From: Pristiophorus japonicus
Lineage: Eukaryota
Assembly (NCBI RefSeq): GCF_044704955.1
Contig: NC_091999.1
Coordinates: forward strand, 24,118,001-24,182,000
Direction: 5' to 3'
DNA length: 64,000 nucleotides
Part shown: piece after piece, positions 24,576 through 37,900 of the stretch
How the letters are laid out: each line of letters starts with the position of its first letter
Numbering within the stretch: position 1 is the stretch's first letter
Made by a program: the position numbers and the translations under genes
The notes under the pieces: generated by a model
What the model was told of the DNA's origin: nothing
Seen by the model: the letters and a program-made list of their open reading frames with translations, nothing else
Database searches by the model: none

Positions 24576-25606
24576 TTACTGCCCATGATGGTAAAAATGA
24601 AACTGCACTTGTACCTGGCAGGAGGTTAATAAATCTGTAATTATCTGGCATTATTTCTCTCATTACACCAGACCCGTTGCAGATTTTACTGCGCTAGATC
24701 CAGTCTCAGTTTATAAGTTTGATGTGGTGGACTTATAAAAGGTATTTGATAAAGTGCCTTAATAATATCCTTGCCATAAAAATTTTACCACATAGAATAA
24801 AGAGGGCAGTGGCAGCATGGATATGAAATTGGCTGAGTGACAGGAACCACAGAGTAGTGGTGACCAGTTATTTTTTGTTGGACTGGGGGAAGGTATACTG
24901 TGGTATTCTGCAGCGGTTGGTACTAGGAACACTGCGTTTCTTCATTTATATTCATGACTTAGACTTAGGAGTACAGGGTAGAATTTCGAAATTTGCAGAT
25001 GATACAAAACTTGGAAGTAGAGGGAACAGTGAGGAGGATAGTGATGATTTCAAGAGGACATAGACATGCTGATGGAAGGGGTGCACTCGGGGCAAATGAA
25101 ATGGAGAAAAGTGTGAAATGAATCATTTTTATAAGACGAACGAGGAGAGGAAAAATAAACTAAATGTACAATGCTAAAGGAGGTGCATGAACACAGTGAC
25201 CTGATGGTATATGTGCACAAATCATTGAAGGTGGCAAGGCCGGTTGAGAAAATGGTCAAAAAAGCTTACATGGTCCTGGGCTTCATAAATACACGCATAC
25301 AGTACAAAAGAAAGGAAGATATGATGAACTTCACCTGGAGTATTGTGTCCAATTATTTAGGAAGGATGTAAGGCTTGAGAGAGGGTTCAGAAAAGATTTA
25401 CAATTGTGATTCCAGGGATACGGTACTTCAGTTACGTGGATAGTCTGGAGAAGCTGGAATTGTTCTCCTTAGAGCAGAAAGGTTGAGATGAGATTTCATA
25501 GAGGTGTTCAGAATCATACTGGGTCTTGGACAGAGTAGATAGAGAGAAATTGTTCCGATTAGTGGAAAGATCGAGAACAAAGGACACAGATTTAAGGTGA
25601 TTAACA

Positions 25607-26190
25607 GGTTGGAAAACTGCAAATTTAATGCCCCTATTTACGAAAGGTTGCAGGCAAAAAGCAGGAAACTATAAACCAGTTAGTCTAACATCTGTGCTTG
25701 GGAAAATGTTGGAGCCCATTATTAAAGAAGCAGTGGCAGGATATTTGGAAAAGCAAAATTCGGGCAGACAAAGTCAGCATGGATTTATGAAGGGGAAGTA
25801 ATGTTTGACAAATTTTCTGGAATTCTTTGAGGATGTAACAAACAGGGTGGATACAGAGGAACCAGTGGATGTGATGTATTTGGGCTTCCAGAATGCATGT
25901 GACAAGGTGCCACATAAAAGGTTACTGCACAAGATAAACATTCACGGGGTTGTGGCTGATATTTTAACATGGATAGAGGATTAGCTAACTAACAGAAAAC
26001 AGAGAGTCAGGATCAATGGATCATTCTGGGTTGGCAATCAGTAAATAGAGGGGTGCTGCAGGGATCAGTGCTGGGAACCCATCTATATACAATCTACCGA
26101 CTTTAAAGAAGGGATCGAGAGTAACATAGCCAAGTTTTCTGATGAAACAAAGATGGGAGAAAAAGCAATGTGTGACGAGGACACAAAAAT
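25607..26190 (+). mobile_element. CR1 RT core fragment
   Basis: WKTAN..P, NYKPVSLTSV.GKMLE, QHGFMKGK, QGSVLG, KFSDETK. Confidence 0.85.
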
Positions 26191-27548
26191 ACTCCACTAC
26201 ACTACAGTAGACCATTCTCAAGTTTATGTTACCCCATCCACCGCGTTAAATATTCCCGCCCTCCCCCAACGGTGCACCATGCCTGCAGTGACTAACAGCC
26301 CCAAGATGCTTTGCAGCAACTCCCCAAGACTTCATCGACAGCCCTTTCCAGACCTGCGACCACTTCCACCTCGAAGGATAAGGGCAGCGTGCTCATGGGA
26401 ACACCATCACCTCCATGTATCCCTCCAAATCACACATCATCCTGACTTGGAAACTTATTACCGTTCCTTCATAGTCGTTGGGTCAAATTCGTGGAACACC
26501 TCCCGAACAATTTGGGGGTTCCATCACCACATGGACTGCAGCGGTTCAAGGTGGCAGCTCGCCACCTGATTTTCAAGGCCAATTAGGGCTAGACCATCAA
26601 TGTTTGCCTTGCCAGCAACACCCACACCCATATGCCAGGAGACAATAAAGAAATGTCCCTGCATCAGTAATTATTGCACGGGGCCCTATCTCAGTTATTA
26701 CTGCACTAGAACTATTAATATTGTACTAGGCCCGGTATCAGATATTACTGGAATATGTCATGCCTTTGTTCCTATTACACAAGATCCTGTCTCTGTTTAT
26801 ATTAAACTAGACCAGGACATAGATTATATTACACTAGCCCCAACCTTTTACATTACTAAACTAGAACATGTCTCTGTTTATATTCCACTGGACCCTGTCT
26901 CAGTTATTACTGCACTAAACTCTGTAACTTCCAGGCCAGGTTCAGCATGTGTTAGCTACAGAGTAAAACGCCCTCTACACCGCACTATCAAACATTCCCA
27001 GGCCTGGTACAGCATGTGTCAGGTACAGAGTAAAGTGACGTCTATACTACGACATCACATACTCCCAGGGCAGGTAGAGCACGAGTTAGATACAGAGAAA
27101 AGCTCCCTCTACACTGCCCCATCAAACACTCCCAGGGCAGGTACATCATATGTCAGATACAGAGTAAAACTCCCTCTACAATGTCCCATCACACACTCCC
27201 AGCGCAGGTACACCTTTAAGCATAAACCTCCACTATCACATTAGTGATATTGCTGTACATGCTGACGAGAAGGAGTATTTCCTCATTCTGTCCGTGGGTA
27301 TCATATTTCCTTTATTCTAATAAAATTTAGTGAAATGTACCAAAAAACAAATGTTGCTGGAGTCTGTTGAGAGATTTGCATTTCTGTCTATCTTTATTTC
27401 TATGCTGTGTTGGTGGGGAAACATTTATTGTGTCTCTGACGCTCAATACTCTAATCTGGGACATCTATTTCTGTGATTATTTACAAATAGGCCTCAATGG
27501 TTCCTATGAAGTGTTCATGGCAGCAAAATCATGACAACAGAGTCACTT

Positions 27549-27930
27549 ACATAGAAACATAGAAAATAGGTGCGGGGGCAGGCCATTCAGCCCTTCTAGC
27601 CTGCACCGCCATTCAATGAGTTCATGGCTGAACATGAAACTTCAGTACCCCCTTCCTGCTTTCTCGCCATAACCATTGATCCACCGAGTAGTAAGGACTT
27701 CATCTAACTCCCTTTTGAATATATTTAGTGAATTGGCCTCAACTACTTTCTGTGGTAGAGAATTCCACAGGTTCACCACTTACTGAGTGAAGAAGTTTCT
27801 CCTCATCTCGGTCCTAAATGGCTTACCCCTTATCCTCAGACTGTGACCCCTGGTTCTGGACTTCCCCAACATTGGGAACATTCTTCCTGCATCTAACCTG
27901 TCTAAACCCGTCAGAATTTTAAACGTTTCT
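27549..27930 (-). mobile_element. Young 5'-truncated CR1 LINE inserted in block Z of copy 2
   Basis: acatagaaacatagaaaatagg tail; near-identical to 55641-56030. Confidence 0.9.
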
Positions 27931-28247
27931 ATTCTAAACTCACAGCAAGGGCTTATTTTAAGAATATTGACAGTGGGTACACAGAAGTAGCAATATGTCG
28001 AACAGTGACGTTGGCTTCAATTTTGTTTAATTAGAACAGATGTGATTTATATCAAAGGGAATAAATATTAAAAAAATAATTCAGCTGTGAAAGTTCTGCT
28101 GCTGAAATCAGTATTCCACTGGATCTCCACTTCGTGGAAGATTTAACCCAGTGAAACTAAACAAGTTCAAACAGCGACCATCAGTAATATCTGAGCGTTT
28201 CACAAATCGCAACGTGTATTTTAAAATGTTGACATTTAGAAACAACT

Positions 28248-28684
28248 AGCATTTATATAGCGCCCTTCATGACCTCATGATGTCCCAAATGCTTTACAGC
28301 CAATGAATTACTTTGGAAGTGTTGCAACGTAGGAAATGTGGCAGCCAATTTGTGCAGAGCAAGATCCCATACACAGCAATGAAATAATGACCAGATAATC
28401 TGTATTTCAGATGTTGTTTGAGGGACAAATGTTTTCCGTGGAAACCCTGGAGAACTCCTCAGCTGTTTAAGATAGTGCAACGAATCCTTTAAATCCACCT
28501 GAGTGGGAAGGTGGGGTCTCAGTTTAATGTTTACCCCGAAAGACGGCAGTTCTGATTGTGCAGCACTCCCTCAGCACTGGCACCGTGCATGTCGGCATCG
28601 ATTATGGGCTCAGGTCTCTGGAGTGGGGTTAATATCTGCGACCTTCTAAGTCAGAGGCGAGAGTGATCCCACTGAGCTGAGGCT
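28248..28684 (-). mobile_element. DeuSINE, copy 2 paralogue
   Basis: Colinear with 11718-12166. Confidence 0.85.
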
Positions 28685-30391
28685 TGAACATATCACAGCT
28701 TGTATTTTAAAATGTTGCCATTCAGTTCATCCTGCCTGAAGTTCAGGGCCTGAGCCCAGCCTTACTCCGATCCGTTTATTATCACGGGCGACTTCTCTTA
28801 TCTTGTCCGGGATGTCATTCCCACACTGGGGTTTCCACTGGGTCTAGATAAAAGCGATTCCACAAGGAACGTCTGGAAGTGCCCGAGGCAGAAGGACTCA
28901 CGGAACTTGAGTTTTACACTGTGTGAGCTGCACCATAAGAGTAGCTGGAACCTGGGATTGTTCTCCTTCGAGCCGAGCAGGTTATGGGGCACTTATTAGA
29001 GGTGCTCAAGAATATGAAGAGTTTTGATCGGGTAAAATGGGAGATACTCCATCACTCCCTCCAACTATCCTTCACTCCGACCACACGTCTCTCCTTCCCT
29101 CCCACCATCAACCCTCCATCCCTCCATCCCTCCTACGCGCCACCCATCTCCCCGTCCCTCCCTCCCTTCATTACTCCCTCCCACCATCCCTGCCACCCTC
29201 CTTCCATTTCCAACCCTCCATACCTCCATACCTCCCTCCATCAATCTCTCCCTTCCCGCACCCATCCCTCCCACCCTCCGACCATCCCTCCACCCCTCCA
29301 TAACAGCACCCCTTCCTTGCTCCACTCCTACCTACCTCCATCCCTCCCTCAGCTCAGCCGATTCTTATTTTCCCTTTGCAGTGTTTCTGCTTCCATCGAT
29401 GGGGATTCCTCAGCTGGAATATTCTGCACACAATTCCTTCACCGGGCTTTCATATATAATAACAAATAAGAGGGTGAGCGACAGCAAATGTATATATTTA
29501 ACCCACCTGCCTAAAATAATACTGATGATAAATAAAATGGTGACTTTTCCAGAGAGGGAGTTGGCTGGGGAACTGGCACTGGGTAGAAATTCTAGTTGGT
29601 ACAGTCGGAGTATTTTTCCTTTTCATGAATAAATAAAAGAAGGGAAACTTCTTTAAAAATTGTTTTAAGTCATCGTAAACTTTCAACTTCTCGTTTTCCC
29701 TCCCCATTCTGGCTGTTGAGGATGGGCCAGTGCCCGCCTGGAGCTTGTTGCCATTGTGTGTACGGTATGGTAGCTCACAAGCTCTCGCTACATGGACAGA
29801 CTTGGAGAAGCTGGGGCTGTTCTCCATACAGCAGAGAATGGTGAGGGGAGATTCAGTACATTGGTACCTGCATGAGGGACTTCAGTTAAAGCGGAGACTG
29901 GAGAAGATGGGATTGCTCTCCTTGGAGGAGTCAAGGTTCAGGGCATGTCTGATAGAATGTTACCAGGGATGAGGGACTTCAGTTAATGTGGAGAGACAGG
30001 AGTAGATAGGATTCTCCTCTTTAGAGGAGAGAAGTCGAAGAGAAGATTTGATGGATGTTTTTGAAAATATCAATCATTTGACAGAGTAAATAAACAGAAA
30101 TTGTTTAAGATGGATGGTGATTGACAAAAGAACAAGAAGCGATATGTAGACATAATTTCTATGCAACCACTGGTTAGAATTTAGAGTGTACTGCATAATA
30201 GGGTGGTATATACAGATTCAATAGTAGCCTTCAAAAGGAAATTGTGCAAGTATTTGAAGGAGAAAAAATGCAGGGATATAGGGAAGGAGCAGGGGATTGA
30301 CATTAATGGGATTGCTCTTCGAAAGAGCCGGCACAGACTCTATGGGCTGAATGGCCACCCTGTGTGCCGTACTAATCTATGAATGACCATA

Positions 30392-32400
30392 ACATAGTTG
30401 AATTTCAAATTCAGTTGGGGGTGGGAGAGGTGGTGGGGTAGAGTTGTTTCACAATCCAGTATCCTAAGTTTAAATGAAGGATACTATGAGGGCAGAGTTG
30501 GCTAAAGTGGACTGGGAAATTAGATAAAAGGATGGGACAGCTGATGAGCAGTGGACGACATTTATGGAGATATTTCATAACTCGAAACAAAAATATATCC
30601 CAATGAGAAGGCACACTGCATGAGGAGGGATAACCATCCGGAGCAAACTAAGGAAATAAGGGAAGGTATCAAATTGCAAACAAATGCATACATTGTGGCC
30701 AAGACGAGTGGGAGGTCAGAGGATTGGGAAACTTTTAAAAGCTAGCAAAGAAACAATAAATAATAAAGAGAGGGAAGATGGATTATGAAAGTAAACTAGC
30801 ACGAAATATAAAAACAGATAGTAAAAGTTTCTGCAGGTGCATAAAAAGGAAAAGTTTGGCTAAAGTAAATATTGGTCACCTAGAGGATGAGATTGGGCAA
30901 TTAATAATGGAGATCAAGGAAATGGAAAAATCGTTGAATAAATATTTTGTATTTGTCTTCACGGTAGAATACATTAAAAACATTCCAATAGTGGAACATC
31001 AAGGGGCTATAGGGAGAGAGGAACTTATTACAATCACGATCACTAATGAAGTAGTACTCGGTAAAATAATGGGACTCAAGACGGACAAGTCCCCTGCAGC
31101 TGACGGCTTACATCCTAGGATCCTAAAAGAAGTGGCTGCAGATATAGTGGATGCTTTGGCTGTAATCTACCAAAATTCCCTGGATTCTGGGGCGGACCCA
31201 GCAGATTGGAAAACTGCAAATATAACGCCCCTATTTAAAAAAGAAGGCAGACAAAAATCAAGAAACTATAGATCAATGAGCCGAACGTCAGCCATTGTAA
31301 AAAAAAGCTGGATTCCATTCAGGTAGCAGTAGCGGGACATTTGGAAAAGCATCATTCAATCAAGCAGAGTCAGCATGGTTTAATGAAAGGGAAATCATGT
31401 TTGACAAATTTGATGGAGTTCTTTGAAGATGTAACGAGCAGGGTGGATAGTGGGGGACCGGTGGATGTGGTGTATTTGGATTTCCAGAATGCATTCGATA
31501 TAAAAGGTTACTGCACAAGATAAAGGTTCACGGGATTGGGATTAATATACTAGCATGGGTAGCGTATTGGCTAACTAGCAGATCGGCGAGTCGGGATATT
31601 TGGGTCATTTTCCGGTTGGCAAACAGTGACTAGTGGGGTGCCGCAGGGATCGATGCTTGGTCCTCAACTATTTACAATTTATAGTCATGACTTTGGATGA
31701 AGGCACTGAGTGTAATGTAGCCAAGTTTGCTGATGATATAAAGATGGGTGAGAAAGCAAATTGTGAGGAGGACACAAAAAATCTGCAAAGGGATATAGAC
31801 AGGCTAAGTGAGTGGGCAGAACTGTACAGGATATTGTACTACAGTACTGCGTAAGGTTTTAGTCTCCGTATTTAAGGAAGGATATACTTACATTGAAGGT
31901 TGTCCAGAGAAGGTTTACCAGGATGAGTCCGGAGATGAGGTGGTTGACTTATGAAGATAGGTTGAGTAGGTTGGGACTATACAGATTGGAGTTCAGAACA
32001 ATGAGAGGTGATTTTACTGAAACATAGGATAACGAGAGAGCTCAACAAGGTGAATGCAGAGAGGATATTTCCACTCAAAGGGGAGAAAGAAACTAGGGGA
32101 CATAGTCTCAGAATAAGGGGCAGCACATTTAAAACTGAAATGAGGAGGAATTTCTTCTCTGCGAGGATTGTATATCTATGGAACTCTATGCCCCAGAGAG
32201 CTGTGGAGGCTAGACATGCAATATATTTAAGGCGGAGACAGACAGATATTTGAGCGATAAGGGAATAATGAATTGTGGCGAGCGGGCAGGGAAGTGAGGC
32301 TGAGTCCATGATCAGATCAGCCATGACATTCCTATATGACGAAGCAGGTTCGAGCGGCCAGTTGGCCTACTCCTGCTCCTATTTCTTATGTACTTATGTT
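30392..32400 (+). mobile_element. CR1 LINE ORF2 remnant (~2 kb) with internal deletion
   Basis: ORFs 30778-31326, 31341-31523, 31633-31854 give KSP..DGLHPR.LKE, QHG.MKGKSCLTNL, YLDFQ, KFADD; HER1-type tail. Confidence 0.92.
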
Positions 32401-32584
32401 TTTATATTTATATTGCATTAGGCACTGTAGCTATTTCAATTACACTAGACCTTGTCTCTGTTTATAATACACTAGACCCTGTCTCTGTGTATATTACACT
32501 AGGCCCTGCCTCTGTTTATATTACACTAGACCCGATCTCCCTTTATGATGGACGAGGTCATGTATCATTGCACTTCACAAGAAG

Positions 32585-34005
32585 ACCCAGCAGATTGGAG
32601 AACTGCAAATATAAGACCCCTATTTAAAAAAGGAGGCAGCCAGAAAGCAGGAAACCATAGATCAGACAGCCGAAAATCTGTGTTTGGGAAATTGTTGGAG
32701 TTCATTATTAAGAAACTATAGCAGGATATGAGGAAAAGCATAATTCGGTCAGGCAGAGTCAGCATAGATTTATGGAGAGGAAGTCATGTTTGCCAAATTT
32801 GCTGGAAATCTTTGAGGATGTAACGAACAGGGTGAAGAAAGGGGAACCAGTTAATGTGGTGTACTTGGACTTCCTGAAGGCATTTGACATGATGCCACAT
32901 AAAAGGTTAGATCACAAGATAAACCTTCAAGGGGTTGGAGGTAATATATTAGCATTGATAGAGGATTGTCTAATTAACAGAAAACAGAGAGTCGGGCTAA
33001 ATTGGTCATTCGCGGTTTGGCAATCAGTAAATGGTGGCGTGTCACAGGGATAAGTGCTGGGGCCCCAGCTATTTACAATGTATACAAACGACTTGAATGA
33101 AGGGACCGAGTATAACACAGATAAGTTTGTTGACGATACAAAGATGTGAGGAATAGCAATGTGTAAGGAGGACACAAATAATCTGCTAAAGGACAGACAG
33201 GCCATGTGAGTGGGAAAACAATTGACAGCTGGAATATAATGTAAGAAAGTGTCAGATCATGCACTTTGGCAGAACAAATCAAAGAGCAACTTTTTAATTA
33301 AATGGAGAAAAATTGCAAAGTGTTGCAGTACAGCGGGACCTGGGGGTATTTTTGCAGGTAAAGGAAGTGATCAGGAAGGCCAATGGAATTTTGGCCTTTA
33401 TTGCAAAGGGGATGGAGTATAAAAGCAGGTTGGTCTTGATACAGGTATACAGAGTATTGGTGAGGCCACACCTGGAAAACTGCGTACTGCTTTGTTTTCC
33501 ACATTTACGAAAGGTTATACTTGCTTTGTCGGCAGTACAGAGAATGTTCACTAGGTTGATTGCGGATATGAGGGCCTTGACTTACGAGGAAGGGTTGAGG
33601 AGTTTGGGCATCTACTCATTGGAATTCAGAAGAATGAGTGGTGACCTTATCGTAAAGGTGGATACATAGAGGATGTTTCCACTGATAGGGTAGACTAGAA
33701 CTAGGGGCATAATCTTAGAATAAGAGCCGCCCATTTAACATTGAGATAAGGAGGAACTTCTTTTCTCAGAGGGTTGTAAATCTGTGGAATTCACTGCCTC
33801 AGGGAGCTGTGGATGCCGGAAAAAGGAATACATTTAAGACAGAGATAGACAGTTTCTTATGCGATAAGGGATTAATGAGTTACGGCGAGCGCGCAAGGAA
33901 GTGGATCTGACTCCATGATCGGATCATCCATGATCATATTGAATGATGCAGCAGGCTCGAGGGGCCGTATGGCCTACTCATGCTTCTATTTCTTATATCC
34001 TTACG
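32585..34005 (+). mobile_element. CR1 LINE 3' portion
   Basis: RT motifs and tail; splits the cttcacaaga/caatgtctg junction that is intact at ~42351 and ~56934. Confidence 0.9.
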
Positions 34006-34030
34006 GTTTTCTAATGTTACAATGTCTGTT

Positions 34031-34105
34031 TGTGTCAGCCGAGGCACAGTGTGTCTCACTTCGCACCGTCTAAGACAGTTTTGGGATAAACTCACACTCC
34101 AAGGA
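34031..34105 (+). mobile_element. Isolated tRNA-derived SINE head fragment
   Basis: tgtgtcagccgaggc(a/t)cag...cactccaagg resembles the DeuSINE head; paralogues ~42372-42445 and 56955-57030. Confidence 0.55.
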
Positions 34106-34610
34106 ATATATCTCTATTTATTGTACAATAGACCCTGTCTCAGTTATTTCTGCACTTGACCATGCGTCTGTTAGATTTACAGAAGATATATAGACGATGG
34201 ATAGATATTGATAAAAATAAAGACATTTATATGTGTGGTTAGGAGGATTCAATACTTTTTTGGTTAGAACATACGTTTAGTTTCAATAATAGGTAACAAG
34301 AGTTCTGTGCAAAGTCTAATTGTTCTGGTATTGTGTCGGTAATATTTGTGTTGAAGAGATGGGGTTAATCTTGTAACAATCTCCCAGAGATGGACTGGGA
34401 TTGAGGGACAGGACTGAAGGTGAGCAATTCACTGCACTTTACACTACTTAGTGGCAGTCTGTGTGTTAAAGGTTACTAACTCACACTGGTGTTGTCCTGC
34501 GCCAATTGCTCTCGGTTCTTTAATGTAAACGATTGTTTTTCTCGCAGTATTTTCTATTGAACTTTCACGTGACCCACTGATTGTGTCAGAGAGAGCCTGG
34601 AACCGTGACC

Positions 34611-34687
34611 TCACAGCACCGCCGGATGGACGGCCGCAGGGTCCAAACATCCACCGGAATAATAACTCATCTGCTTAAGACGAACAA
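34611..34687 (-). other. Candidate terminal coding exon in block X (copy 3)
   Basis: CTCTTTTCAG acceptor, then phase-1 frame VRLKQMSYYSGGCLDPAAVHPAVL*; no homologue recognised. Confidence 0.25.
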
Positions 34688-34699
34688 CTGAAAAGAGCA

Positions 34700-34973
34700 N
34701 NNNNNNNNNNNNNNNNNNNNNNNNNNNNNNNNNNNNNNNNNNNNNNNNNNNNNNNNNNNNNNNNNNNNNNNNNNNNNNNNNNNNNNNNNNNNNNNNNNNN
34801 NNNNNNNNNNNNNNNNNNNNNNNNNNNNNNNNNNNNNNNNNNNNNNNNNNNNNNNNNNNNNNNNNNNNNNNNNNNNNNNNNNNNNNNNNNNNNNNNNNNN
34901 NNNNNNNNNNNNNNNNNNNNNNNNNNNNNNNNNNNNNNNNNNNNNNNNNNNNNNNNNNNNNNNNNNNNNNNNN
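34700..34973. other. Assembly gap (N run)
   Basis: Ns at the position of the (TG)n tract between X and Y. Confidence 0.99.
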
Positions 34974-37900
34974 CATAAGGTGTGCAAGTGCATTCCACAA
35001 AGATAAATTATTAGCTCCAAACATTATTTTTCAGCGTTTTATTTTATTCAACAGCTAATTGCAGATCGTTTAATACCTTTAACATTTATTGATAACACAT
35101 TGTCTTGCGTGCTCTTCATTAGAAAGTGATGTCACACTGACCATTCCATTACCAAAGTGACCATGTCTGTCCGCAGTAATCAGTGGGAAAGTGGATTAAA
35201 TCACTCCGAGAATAATGAGCAGCCAGTCACCAGTCCCTGCGCTTTATTGTCCAGTGATCACCTCACCATCACACAGAATCCACTGATATACACCTCAAGT
35301 GTATGATTATTGGTGCAAGTGGTGGTAAACATGAAACTGCATCTGTACCTGGCATGAGGTTAATAAATCTGTAAATATCTGACTTACTGTCTCTCTCATT
35401 ACACCAGACCCCATCGCAGTTTTTGTTGCAGTAGACCCAGTTTCAGTTTATGATGGACTTCCAAAAGGCATTTGATAAAATGCTTTGATAATATCCTTGC
35501 CAGCAAAGTTCAGGCCCATAGAATAAAAGGGACAGTGGCATCATGGATATGAAATTGGCTGAGTGACAGGAATCAGAGAGCTGTGTTTTATTTTGGACTG
35601 GAGGAAGGTATACAGTGGTGTTTCGCAGCGGTTGGTACTAGGAACACTGCTTTTCTTGATTTATATTCATGACCGAGATTCGGGTGTACTGGGCACAATT
35701 TCAAAGTTTTTTAACTATTCAAATCTGGGAAGTTTAGTGAACAGTGAGGAGAGGAGGATAGTGATGACTTCAAGAGGACATCGATATGCTGGTGGAATAG
35801 ACGGACACGTGCCAAATGGAACGCAGAAAAGTGTGAAGTTATACATTTTGGAAGGAAGAACGAGGAGATTAAAATTAACTGAAGGGTACAATACTAAAAG
35901 CTGTGATGAACGCAGGGACCTGGGGGTCTAAATGCAAAAGACTTTGAAGATGGCAGGGCAGGTTGAGAAAGTGTTTTAAAAACATATGCGATCCTGGGCT
36001 TCAGAAATAGAGGCATATAATATATAAGCAAGGAAATTATGATGAAGCAGTGTAAAACACGGTTTCGGCCTCAAGCTATTACTGTGTCCAATTCTGGGCA
36101 CCGTACTTTAGGAAGGATGTGAACGCCTTCGAGAGGGTGCAGAAAAGATTTTCCTGTGGTTCCAGGGATAAGGTACTTCAGTTATGTGGATAGACTGGAG
36201 TAGCTGGGGTTGTTCTCCTTAGAGCAGAGAAGGTTGAGATGAGACTTGATATAGGTGTTCAGATTCATAAGGGGTCGAGACAGAGTAGCTGGAGAGAAAC
36301 TGTTCCCATTGGCGGAAGGGTCGAGAACAGAGGATACAGATTTAGTGCAATTGGCAGAACAACCTAAATCAACACAAGGGAAAATTAGGATCTGGAATGC
36401 ACTGCCGGAAAGAGTGGTGGTGACAGATTCAATCAAGGCATGGAATTGGATAAGTTCCTGAAGGAAGAACAATCATAGGGCTTCGGGAAATGGCAAGGGA
36501 GTGGACTAGCTGAAATACTCTTGCAGAGAGCGGCATGGTCTATATAGGCCGAATGAATCTTTTCTGTGATGTAATTCTATAGTTATATAATACACCAGGA
36601 ACTGTCTCAGTTATTAGTATGCTAGACCCTGTTCCAATTTATATTACCGCAGCCACCACGTTAAATATTCCCTCCCCCCACCACCAGCGCTCCATGTCTG
36701 GAGTGATTACTATCCACAAGATGCATTGCAGCAACTCGCCAAGACATCTTCGACAGCACTTTCCAAACCTACGACCTCTTTCACCTAGAAGAACAAAGGC
36801 AGCAGGCTCCTGGGAACGCCATCACTTCCAAGATCGCCTCCAAATCAAATACCATCCTGACTTGGAAATTTATTACCATTGCTTCATAGTCGCTGGTTCA
36901 AATTCGTGGAACCCGCTCCCTAACACTGTGAGAGTGCCTTCACCACACGGTCGACAGAGGGACAAGGCGTCAGCTCACCACCTGCTTCTTAAGATCAATT
37001 AGGGATAGACAATTAATGTTGGCCTTGATTGCACTGCCTGAAAGAGTGGTGGAAACAGATTCAATCATGGCATGGAATTGGATAAGTTCGTGAAGGAAGA
37101 ACAATCACAGGGCTACTGAAAAGGGCGGGGGAGTGGACTAGCAGAAATACTCTTGCTGAGAGCGGCATGGTCTGTATGTGCCGAATCACTCTCACACCCG
37201 CATGACAGGAACGAATAAAACAATGTCCCTGTATCAGTAATTACTGCACTAAGTCCTGCCTCAGTTCTTACAGTACTAGAACTATTAATATTGTACTACG
37301 CCCTGGCTCATATATTACTGGAATAGTATGTGCCTTTGCTCCTATTACACAAGTCCCTGTCTCTGTTTATATTAAACTAGACAAGGACGGTGTTTATATT
37401 ACTCTAGCCCCATCATTTCACTTTACTAAACTAGACAATGCCTCCGTTTATGTTAAATTAGACCCTGTCACCGTTATTAATGAACTAAACACTGTAAATA
37501 ACAGGTCAGGTACAACATGTGTCAGATACAGAGTAAACCGACCTGTACATTGTCACATCAAACATTCCCAGGACAGGTACAGTACGGGTTAGATACAGAA
37601 AAATGGACTCTATACACTGTCCCATCAAACACTTCCAAGGTAGGTACAGTACGGGTTAGATACAGTGTAAAGCTCCCTCGACTCTGTCCCATCAAACACT
37701 CCCAGGACAGGTGCAGCATGTGTCAGATCCAGAGTAAAACGACCTCTACAGTGTACCATCATACACTCCCAGGGACACTGTAGAGCACAGTTTAAATACA
37801 GAGTAAACCTTTCCCTACACTGTCAATTCAAACGCTCCCAGATCGTTTAATTCACAGGTCATATCTTGGATTAAAGCTCCCTCTGCGCATTCCAAATAAG

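Larger units (their letters stand above)
23079..34160 (+). repeat. Large tandem unit, copy 2
   Basis: Same block order; first part of Z deleted; young CR1 insertions at 24062-24575 and 27549-27930. Confidence 0.9.

Noticed and set aside
26600-27244. 214-aa ORF
   Set aside because: Runs through LINE tail, 27-bp and 67-bp satellites; chance open frame
28917-28923. CACTGTG RSS heptamer in block W (copies 2, 4, 5)
   Set aside because: No nonamer at 12 or 22/23 bp and no adjacent D- or J-like (WGxG) coding sequence
34115-34125. Minus-strand AATAAA downstream of the candidate exon (copies 3-5)
   Set aside because: Lies in a degenerate 27-bp satellite unit, so it gives little independent support
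34444-34650. Alternative minus-strand ~68-aa frame in block X (open in copies 1, 3, 4)
   Set aside because: Closed by stops just after the conserved acceptor, broken in copies 2 and 5, and no ATG start; less parsimonious than the PAVL* frame, though not excluded
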